Source: Lachnospiraceae bacterium
Lineage (GTDB): Bacteria; Bacillota; Clostridia; Oscillospirales; CAG-272
DNA length: 64,000 nucleotides
Direction of reading: 5' to 3'
Assembly (NCBI GenBank): GCA_024404495.1
Contig: JAKSPT010000005.1
Coordinates: 6,483-70,482 of the forward strand
The notes below the pieces were generated by a model. It made no database searches. It worked only from the letters and a program-made list of their open reading frames with translations, and was not told the DNA's origin. Each line of letters opens with the position of its first letter. Within the stretch, counting starts at the first letter, position 1. The position numbers and the translations under genes are program-made. This document shows, piece after piece, positions 1-7,375 of the stretch.

Positions 1-3
1 CAA

Positions 4-246
4 ATGACCGCCGGTACACATTCGTCAAGCGACAATGATATGAGTAAAATATTAGTGAACAATCGTGATGGGATTCCCAAATACGATTTTATGACTGCGG
101 GAGAAATCAGCGAATTTCTCGGCATCGGTCTGACACAGGCCTACGATATCTGCAAGCGCATCAACAAGAAGCTTGACAGTATGGGCTTCCTGACATTCCG
201 GGGTAAAGTTCCGAGAAAGGCGTTATACGAACAGCTCCCGCACTGA
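4..246 (+). CDS. small helix-turn-helix DNA-binding protein of an integrative element (excisionase/HTH_17-like); ORF is open to the window edge so may be partial
   Basis: 80-aa ORF. Segment AGEISEFLGIGLTQAYDICKRINKKL reads as an HTH. It is paralogous by eye to the next ORF (shared ..AY.I....KL....G..P......QL pattern). It lies upstream of a tyrosine integrase. Confidence 0.45.
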   Translation: MTAGTHSSSDNDMSKILVNNRDGIPKYDFMTAGEISEFLGIGLTQAYDICKRINKKLDSMGFLTFRGKVPRKALYEQLPH

Positions 247-262
247 AAGGAGCTCACAGAAA

Positions 263-574
263 ATGTGGAAAAAAGAGATTGATTTCTCAAAGAAAAAAGA
301 CTACGCCAAGCAGTCCTCCGGCCCGCCGCCGGAGGCTGCTCCAGTGGTGTATATCAAGGACTTATACCGGGACAAGCCATTCTACACCGTGGATGACGTG
401 ATGGAAATTCTATCCGTCAGCCGCTCCACGGCCTATCGGATTATTGCGAATTTGCAAAGAAAGCTGCCGGGCGCAAAATACGCTTTGAGTCCCGGCGAAA
501 TCCCGAAGGATTATTTTGACAAACAGCTTTATGCTTATTCGAGGAAAGGACAAGAGGATGACAAAGGAAATTGA
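263..574 (+). CDS. excisionase-like HTH protein (Xis candidate)
   Basis: AAGGAG RBS upstream of the ATG. YTVDDVMEILSVSRSTAYRIIANLQRKL is HTH-like. Its 3' end overlaps the integrase start by 17 nt, the usual xis-int arrangement. Confidence 0.5.
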   Translation: MWKKEIDFSKKKDYAKQSSGPPPEAAPVVYIKDLYRDKPFYTVDDVMEILSVSRSTAYRIIANLQRKLPGAKYALSPGEIPKDYFDKQLYAYSRKGQEDDKGN

Positions 575-1693
575 TGATAAGTATTATAATTTGGTTTCCG
601 CCAATATCGTAAAGGACCCGGATCAGGGTACTTATTACATGGAATACCGTATGCGCGACATCAACGGAAATATCGTAAAAAAACAAAGAAGCGCGGATTC
701 AAAACCATGCGCGAAGCAAAGGGGTACCTTGAAACACTGCGGCGAGAGCACGCAGAGGCAATGTTCAAAGCAGATAATCCGACGTTGACTATGACTTTCG
801 ACGAGCTCTATGAGCGTTACCGGGTTTCCCGCCTGGGCGATAAACCTTCCACCGTTTACCGTCGGGAGCAGATTATCCAGGCACGCGTGCTTCCCTTCTT
901 CGGGGATATGGAAATCAAGGACATCTCACCGGACACGGTTGTGCAGTGGCACAGTTATTTCTACGACGATGAGGGCAAAGCAATCTTTTCGGACACCTAT
1001 CTGCGCAGTCTGCACGCGCATCTCTCCGCCATTCTGAACTATGCGGTTTACTGCGGATGGCTCCCGGCGAACCCTGCAAAGAAATGTTCCATCGGTGAAA
1101 AGCATGCTACGGAAAGACCGGTCTGGACGCCTCAGGAGTATAAGAGGTTCCGGGAGGCTATTACAGACGATCCTATGGTCTATTACGCCTTTGAGACACT
1201 GTATTTCACGGGACTGCGCAAGGGCGAGCTGCTGGCGCTGAACATCGACGATATCGACTTTAAAACTCATATGCTGAAGGTCACAAAGTCTCTTGTAGTA
1301 ATCCGTGGAAAAGAATATGTTACTTCTCCGAAAACGAAGAAAAATGTCCGGAACGTTCGTTTGAATTCTGAGCTGGAAGAAGAACTGAAGGAATACCTGG
1401 CATCCCGTCCCGGATATCTCGGAACGGAACGCCTTTTTCCCTTCGGAAAAGATCGCTTGCGGAATATCCTTGCAAAAGGGATCGAGAAGACCGGGTTAAG
1501 TCCGATAACCATTCACTGTTTCCGGCACTCCCATATCACGAACCTAATCGCCGCCGGATACTCTCCCGTAGACATCGCCAACCGGGTCGGTCACGAATCC
1601 ATCTATATCACACTGCATTATTCCCACGCTTTTAAAAACGTAGAGAATTCCATTGCAGAAAGTCTGGATCAAATCATGGAGGAAATCGAATGA
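558..1693 (+). CDS. tyrosine recombinase/integrase (phage-integrase family); the reading frame changes (-1) inside an A7 tract at 677-683, so it is a frameshifted pseudogene, a homopolymer error or a slippage-dependent gene
   Basis: The catalytic region is in the 707..1693 frame: TGLRKGE (Arg), HCFRHSH (His-x-x-Arg), GHESIYITLHYSH (His, Tyr). The arm-type N-terminal domain is split. MTKEIDDKYYNLVSANIVKDPDQGTYYMEYRMRDINGNIVKK is in the frame of ATG 558, and TKKRGFKTMREAKGYLETL follows in the -1 frame. Confidence 0.85.
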
Positions 1694-1989
1694 GGGCACA
1701 ACTACCATTGAGTCACAAAGACTGTATTACAATTGCATTCCGCATTTCCAGAGAAGATGCCGCTCGGGTACAGCTGCTGAGCGACCTTTCCGGCATGATG
1801 CGCCAGGACTATATCCGAGAGCGTGTACTGGACCGGGAGGTGACCGTTTACCCGAATATCCGGGTCCGCAAATATCTGGAACAATACCTGATTGAGGTTC
1901 GGGACGAACTGAAGAAGGCGAGCGGCAAGCCCGCCGCCGAACTCCTGCAGAAGCTTGACGATATTCTGAATACCGTAGAAAAGTTATAA
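1690..1989 (+). CDS. small ribbon-helix-helix-like protein (MobC/CopG-like)
   Basis: ATGA overlap with the integrase stop. ITIAFRISREDAARVQLLSDLSGMMRQDYIRERVL fits a beta-strand/helix/helix RHH pattern. Confidence 0.35.
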   Translation: MRAQLPLSHKDCITIAFRISREDAARVQLLSDLSGMMRQDYIRERVLDREVTVYPNIRVRKYLEQYLIEVRDELKKASGKPAAELLQKLDDILNTVEKL

Positions 1990-1992
1990 CTT

Positions 1993-2037
1993 AAAAATCC
2001 GCGCTTGAGAACGAATCTCAGGCGCGGATTTGTTATT
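1993..2037 (+). terminator. intrinsic terminator after the element genes
   Basis: aatccgcgcttgaga-acgaa-tctcaggcgcggatt stem-loop (one G-U) followed by tgttatt. Confidence 0.7.
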
Positions 2038-2154
2038 AAAAAGAGTCGGGGACCGGCTTGTGCTCACTTTGCCACCAAGTTGCCACCACGGTTTTGAAAA
2101 GTGCTCAAAAAGGGGCTAAAATGGGGCTTTTTTGAGGTTTTTAACCAAATACTA

Positions 2155-3141
2155 TTATTCCCACTCAATGGTCGCGACGGGTTTGAGGGAGATATCGTAG
2201 AGGACGCGGCTGACGCCCTTGACCTCGGCGATGATGCGGTCGCGGATCTTGAAGAGAACGTCGTAGGGGATGGGCTCGGCGGTAGCGGACATCGCGTCGA
2301 CGCTGTTGACGGCGCGGATGATGACCGGCCAATCCTCGGTGCGCTTGCCGTCGCGGACGCCGGTGGAGGTGAGCGGCGGGACGACCGTGAAGTACTGCCA
2401 GACCTTGCCGGCGAGACCGCACTTATCGAACTCCTCGCGGAGGATCGCGTCGGACTCTCTGACCGCCTCGAGGCGGTCGCGGGTGATGGCACCGGTGCAG
2501 CGGACGCCGAGACCGGGACCGGGGAAGGGCTGACGGTAGACCATATTATCCGGCAGACCGAGCGCGGAACCGACCATACGGACCTCGTCCTTGAAGAGGA
2601 GCTTGACGGGCTCGCAGAGCTCGAACTTCAGGTCCTCGGGAAGACCGCCGTCGTTATGGTGTGCCTTGATGCCCGCCTTGGATTCGAGAATATCGGGGTA
2701 GATCGTGCCCTGCGCGAGGAACTTGACGCCCTCGAGCTTTCTGGCTTCCTCGGCGAAGACGTCGATGAAGAGACCGCCGATGATCTTACGCTTCTTTTCG
2801 GGGCTGTCAACGCCTGCGAGCGCGTCGAGGAAACGGTCGGTCGCGTCGACGTAGACGAGGTTCGCTTTCATCTCGTCGCGGAAAACGCGGATAACCTGCT
2901 CGGGCTCGCCCTTACGGAGAAGACCGTGATTGACGTGGACGCAGACGAGCTGATCGCCGACCGCGCGGTAAAGGAGCGCGGCAACGACGGAGGAGTCAAC
3001 GCCGCCGGAGAGGGCAAGAAGGACTTTATCCTTGCCGATCTGCGCGCGGAGCTCCTTGACCTGCTCCGCGATGAAAGCCTCGGCAAGCTCACGGGTATTG
3101 ATGCGCGCCATGGTTTCGGGGCGCACTTCGGTTCTGATCAT
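2155..3141 (-). CDS. guaA: GMP synthase, ATP-pyrophosphatase/dimerisation part only (no glutamine amidotransferase domain in this ORF)
   Basis: PP-loop LALSGGVDSSV. Canonical C-terminus ...KPVATIEWE. GGAGG RBS 10 nt upstream of the ATG. 328 aa. Confidence 0.9.
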   Translation of the reverse strand: MIRTEVRPETMARINTRELAEAFIAEQVKELRAQIGKDKVLLALSGGVDSSVVAALLYRAVGDQLVCVHVNHGLLRKGEPEQVIRVFRDEMKANLVYVDATDRFLDALAGVDSPEKKRKIIGGLFIDVFAEEARKLEGVKFLAQGTIYPDILESKAGIKAHHNDGGLPEDLKFELCEPVKLLFKDEVRMVGSALGLPDNMVYRQPFPGPGLGVRCTGAITRDRLEAVRESDAILREEFDKCGLAGKVWQYFTVVPPLTSTGVRDGKRTEDWPVIIRAVNSVDAMSATAEPIPYDVLFKIRDRIIAEVKGVSRVLYDISLKPVATIEWE

Positions 3142-3161
3142 AGTGTGGTAACCTCCGGCAA

Positions 3162-4364
3162 TCAGCAGTTGGTGTAGTTATCGAAATAGCCCTGAACGAG
3201 GACGACGGGAGTGCCCTTATCGCCGGAGCCGCTGGTCAGGTCGCAGAGCGAACCGATCAGGTCGGTGAGCTGACGGGGCGTCGTGCCCTGAGAAGCCATA
3301 TTGCCGACGAGGCTGCCGGACTTTGCGCGGATGGAAGCGGAGATCGCTTCTCTCAGCGCCTCACCGTTCAGATCCTTATAATCGTTGTCGGCAAGGTACT
3401 TCAGCTTCAGCTCGTTGGGGGTACCGATCAGACCGTCGGTGAAGGCGGGAGAGACGACCGGGTCGGCGAGCTCCCAGATCTTACCCTTGGGATCCTTGAA
3501 GGCGCCGTCGCCGTAGACCATGACCTCAACGTGCTTGCCGGTGGCTTCGAGGATGCGCTTCTGGATATCGAGGACGAGGGGCTGGCAGTTTCTCGGGAAG
3601 AGCTTGATCTTATCCTCGGTGGACTTGTTGGAGCCGAGCAGACCGTATCTCTCGTTGCAGCCGCTGCCGTTGACCGGAGCGTTCATGATATCGTCGAGAC
3701 CGCAGACGACCTCTGCGCCCGCTTCCTTCAGGATGCGCTTGGTGCGCGCACGGGTGTGGATATCGCAGGTGAGGACGTTCTTGGTGTAATCGAGGATCGC
3801 CTGTGCGTGGTTCGCGAAGATGATCTCGACTTCGGCGCCCTGCTCACGGATCAGGTTGCCGTAGTATTCGACGTAATCGACGCCGGTGAATTCGTGCTTG
3901 TTGACGCCGAAGAGCTCACGGTACTTTTCGAGGGAAAGGACGTCGGAATAGGGGTTGACGCCCGCCGCGTCGAGCTTGTCGAGGCTGACGAGCTCGTTGC
4001 CGACCTCATCGGAGGGGTAGCTGAGCATCAGAACGACCTTCTTGGCGCCCGAAGCGATACCGCGGAGGCAGATGGCGAAACGGTTGCGGGAAAGGATCGG
4101 GAAGATGACGCCGATGGTGCCGCCGCCGAGCTTGTTCTTCACGTCTTCGGCGATGTTTTCCACCGTTGCGTAGTTGCCCTGCGCTCTCGCTACGATCGAC
4201 TCGGTCAGGGAAATGACGTCGCGGTCGCGAAGCTCAAAGCCTTCCGACTTTGCGGCTTCCAGGACGCTTTCGGTTACGATCACGCCGAGGTCGTCGCCCT
4301 CACGGATGATGGGGCAGCGAATACCGCGGGATACGGTTCCGACTCTTCTGACATTCTGTTCCAT
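3162..4364 (-). CDS. CofE/F420-0:gamma-glutamyl ligase family protein (function in this organism unknown)
   Basis: 400 aa. N-terminal VSRGIRCPIIREGDDLGVIV...ISLTESIVARAQG resembles the F420-ligase (PF01996-type) fold as I recall it. It ends 20 nt before guaA. Confidence 0.5.
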   Translation of the reverse strand: MEQNVRRVGTVSRGIRCPIIREGDDLGVIVTESVLEAAKSEGFELRDRDVISLTESIVARAQGNYATVENIAEDVKNKLGGGTIGVIFPILSRNRFAICLRGIASGAKKVVLMLSYPSDEVGNELVSLDKLDAAGVNPYSDVLSLEKYRELFGVNKHEFTGVDYVEYYGNLIREQGAEVEIIFANHAQAILDYTKNVLTCDIHTRARTKRILKEAGAEVVCGLDDIMNAPVNGSGCNERYGLLGSNKSTEDKIKLFPRNCQPLVLDIQKRILEATGKHVEVMVYGDGAFKDPKGKIWELADPVVSPAFTDGLIGTPNELKLKYLADNDYKDLNGEALREAISASIRAKSGSLVGNMASQGTTPRQLTDLIGSLCDLTSGSGDKGTPVVLVQGYFDNYTNC

Positions 4365-4415
4365 GGGTTTTGTACCTTCTTTTATTAAAATTTTTTTGAA
4401 AACGGTGAAAAACGG

Positions 4416-5642
4416 TCATTCGCCCGCCAGCGGACGGACCAGAACCGCCTGCGTCCCGAGCTGCTTGTAGCGCAGCGCGAAGGTCGTGGCGTTGTGCGAA
4501 ACGATGCCGACCAACGGGTCCGCGATCGTGACCGTGTTGGCGTTCCGGTCGTAGCCGATCAGAACGACGCAGTGAAGGGGGTGCTTCCAGTTCATTTCCT
4601 CGCCGTCCGCCGCCGTCCACGTTTTCAGGATCTTCGGCGTGGCGTCGATGTACTGGGTCATCCACACGACGACGGGGCAGCCGGCGTCGAGCAGCAGGCA
4701 AAGCTCCTCGGGGGAAGCGCCCGAAATATCGCTGATCTCGTAGGCGTCCCGCTTTCCGACGGCGGTCAGGTAATCCTCCGCGCTCTTGACGATGACGGGG
4801 GAATAGCAGCCGAACGCGCGCCACTGGTTACGGGGATTGCCGGCGAAGGTCTTATAGAAATCGGCGGTGTAGGTGTCCTCCTCCTTCGGGAGGTAGGTGT
4901 CCGCCATCGTGAGCTTATCGACGGGGAAGCCGTAATAATTCAGCACGATGGTCAGCGCCGTGATCTCACAGCCGTTCGGAAGCTCGGGGGTCTGCATCAC
5001 GTTATTGACGGGGAGCAGCGCCTTGCCGGAAAGGGTATCCGGAACGTCGCCGAGCGGGATGCGCGCCTTCGTTTCGAGCCTCGTCAGAAAGACGGGAACG
5101 ACGGCACCGTAGTAATCGGTGACCATCACGCTCTGCCGGTAATCGAAGGAGGCGGAAAACTCCATGATCTCGCCGTTGTTCAGAACGGTTTTCGGATACG
5201 TTCTCTCCAGTAGTATTTCCCGTCCGCCCGCGTTGTTTTTCATCGCGGGAACGGGAATTTTTTCCTCTCTGCCGTCAACCGTAAAGGTCAGCGTTTTTTC
5301 GGGGAGGTCGATCGCTCCCGGATGGGTGAGCGCCACCGACAGGGTGACGGTGATCGCCGCGCTGCCCTCTTCCTTTTTCGAGGACCAGGAAAGCACGAGG
5401 TCGGTCCCGGTCGCCGTTGCGGAGGAGGTCTCGCCGATCAGATCGTAGGAGGCGGCGAGGACCGCGTAGGTCTCGTATTCCGAAAAGGGGACCGCGAGGG
5501 AGGAGCCCGGAAATTCTCCGGTCTCGGCGGAAATCATCCCATCGTTGTTAAAGGTTCCGGTCGGTTCGGCACAGCCGGTGAACTGGAAAAGCAGGAAAAG
5601 CAGCGCCGACAATGCGGCGGCACCGCGCATCTTGTTTTTCAT
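4416..5642 (-). CDS. lipoprotein with C-terminal C39-like (papain-fold) cysteine peptidase domain
   Basis: Start moved to MKNKMRGAAALSALLFLLFQFTGC (GGAGGG RBS, lipobox). Cys motif PELPNGCEITALT and His motif HCVVLIGYD. Confidence 0.6.
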   Translation of the reverse strand: MKNKMRGAAALSALLFLLFQFTGCAEPTGTFNNDGMISAETGEFPGSSLAVPFSEYETYAVLAASYDLIGETSSATATGTDLVLSWSSKKEEGSAAITVTLSVALTHPGAIDLPEKTLTFTVDGREEKIPVPAMKNNAGGREILLERTYPKTVLNNGEIMEFSASFDYRQSVMVTDYYGAVVPVFLTRLETKARIPLGDVPDTLSGKALLPVNNVMQTPELPNGCEITALTIVLNYYGFPVDKLTMADTYLPKEEDTYTADFYKTFAGNPRNQWRAFGCYSPVIVKSAEDYLTAVGKRDAYEISDISGASPEELCLLLDAGCPVVVWMTQYIDATPKILKTWTAADGEEMNWKHPLHCVVLIGYDRNANTVTIADPLVGIVSHNATTFALRYKQLGTQAVLVRPLAGE

Positions 5643-6047
5643 CGGCAGCCCTCCAAACTTTCTTGACACTTCATTATATCACACTCTTTTTTCACTTTCA
5701 ATAGAAAAATGCAAATAAATAGTAGAAATTCATCCGTTTCCTCCCGTTCCCTCCGTGCAAAATGCTATGGATGAGATTTCCAGTTACTGTAAGTTAATTG
5801 TATTTTTTTCCAATTTTTCGTCGGAAAAGGTCGGGATTTGTCTTTTCCAAAAAATGTCAGTATTCAACAAAATCCGCAGACGCCGTTCTCCGTTTTATAC
5901 GGTTTTTGTATGAAATGTATCAATAAAAATGGAAATATTTGGCAATAATTTGACGCTTTTGGTCTTGCATAATATGGAAAATTATGGTATTCTATTGGTG
6001 TCCGAAGAAAAGGAAACAAGATCAAAAAGCAAAAGGAGATTTGTGAT

Positions 6048-6818
6048 ATGGATACTCTTACGACGATCCTCATCGCGGACGAGGACGCAGCCTTCCGGAA
6101 GGAGACGGTCGAATCGCTCCGTCAGCTCGGCTACCGCTCGGTTTACGAGGCGGCGAGCGGGGAGGAGGCGCTCTGCCAGATCGACCGCTACCATCCCTCC
6201 CTCGTTCTGATCGATATCTGGCTGCCGAAGCTCGACTGCACGCAGGTCATGCGGAGCGTCACGGCGCTCGCCTTCGGGAAGGACAAGCCTCCGGCGTTCA
6301 TCGTGCTTTCGGCGGTGAACAGCCCCTCGATGTTTCTGGAAGCGACCGAATGCGGCGCCTCCTACTGTATGCTCAAGCCGCTCGATCTCGGCAAGCTGGA
6401 CGAGCGGATCCGCCGCATCCGGGGCGGGGAAACGCGCCCGGCGTCGTCCGGCATCCCGCTTCCCGCCGATATGGAGGCGCAGGTCACGCGCGTCATCCAT
6501 CAGATCGGCGTTCCGGCGCACATCAAGGGGTATCAGTACCTCCGCACGGCGATCTTAATGACCATCGACGACAACGACGTGATCAACGCCGTCACGAAGA
6601 TCCTCTATCCCACGGTGGCGAAGCAGTACGAAACGACCTCCTCCCGCGTCGAGCGCGCGATCCGTCACGCGATCGAGGTCGCGTGGGACCGCGGCGACAT
6701 CGAGACGCTGAATTCCTATTTCGGCTACACCATTCAGCAGGGCAGGGGAAAGCCGACCAATTCCGAGTTCATCGCGATGATCGCGGACAATCTTCGCCTG
6801 CAGAATAAGCTCTCCTGA
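6048..6818 (+). CDS. spo0A: Spo0A-family sporulation response regulator
   Basis: Receiver domain ([20 protein letters not shown]). The C-terminal effector domain carries the Spo0A signature [16 protein letters not shown]...[17 protein letters not shown]...[23 protein letters not shown]. Confidence 0.85.
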   Translation: MDTLTTILIADEDAAFRKETVESLRQLGYRSVYEAASGEEALCQIDRYHPSLVLIDIWLPKLDCTQVMRSVTALAFGKDKPPAFIVLSAVNSPSMFLEATECGASYCMLKPLDLGKLDERIRRIRGGETRPASSGIPLPADMEAQVTRVIHQIGVPAHIKGYQYLRTAILMTIDDNDVINAVTKILYPTVAKQYETTSSRVERAIRHAIEVAWDRGDIETLNSYFGYTIQQGRGKPTNSEFIAMIADNLRLQNKLS

Positions 6819-6833
6819 CCGCATAACGAAAAT

Positions 6834-6868
6834 AGCTCATCGGTTTTCCGGTGGGCTTTTTTCGTTTT
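6834..6868 (+). terminator. intrinsic terminator of the spo0A-like gene
   Basis: agctcatcgg-tttt-ccggtgggct (10 bp, two G-U) followed by tttttcgtttt. Confidence 0.75.
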
Positions 6869-6967
6869 CAGGCGCGGAGTGATACTGCGTTTTCGTCTGC
6901 TTCACTTCCGGCGGCGGGGGCTGTTTTTGCCCCAAAAAAGATTTTTTGGAAATTTTTCAAAAAGGCA

Positions 6968-7025
6968 TTGACATTCTCGATATTCGAGAATATAATGGAA
7001 CCGTGAATACTCGATATTCGAGAAT
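6968..7025 (+). promoter_or_regulatory. consensus sigma-A promoter with two copies of a palindromic operator (PadR autoregulation candidate)
   Basis: TTGACA 6968-6973, 17-nt spacer, TATAAT 6991-6996. The spacer is the perfect palindrome attctcga-tat-tcgagaat (6973-6991). A second copy, atactcga-tat-tcgagaat (7007-7025), sits just before the RBS aggagg. Confidence 0.8.
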
Positions 7026-7037
7026 AGGAGGCTGCCT

Positions 7038-7361
7038 ATGTCAAGAAACAAATTACAAACCCTGACGGAGCAGATGTTTTATACCCTTTTGTGTCTGAAA
7101 ACCGAATGCTACGGGCTGGATATTCTGGAACGGATCCCGGCAATGACCGAAAACCGCGTCAACATCGGCTCCGGGACCTTATACACCCTTTTGGAGCAGT
7201 TTGCCGAGGCGGGGCTGATCCGCGAGACGAAGGTGGAGGGCAGACGCCGAAGCTATATCCTCACGAAATCCGGGCTTGAAGTGCTGCAGAACGAGGTAAA
7301 ACGTATCGAGGCACAGCTTGCGGATTACCGTACTGTTTTTGAAAAAGAAGGACGCAACTGA
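7038..7361 (+). CDS. PadR-family transcriptional regulator
   Basis: LCLKTECYGLDILERI...GSGTLYTLLEQFAEAGLIRE...RRRSYILTKSG is a winged-HTH PadR pattern. Confidence 0.85.
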   Translation: MSRNKLQTLTEQMFYTLLCLKTECYGLDILERIPAMTENRVNIGSGTLYTLLEQFAEAGLIRETKVEGRRRSYILTKSGLEVLQNEVKRIEAQLADYRTVFEKEGRN

Positions 7362-7375
7362 AGAAGGAGGTTACC

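Noticed and set aside
2155-2200. guaA truncated or disrupted by the integrative element.
   Set aside because: The C-terminus reads ...KPVATIEWE, the canonical GMP synthase end. The missing part is the N-terminal GATase domain at the far end of the gene, where an unrelated intact gene abuts.
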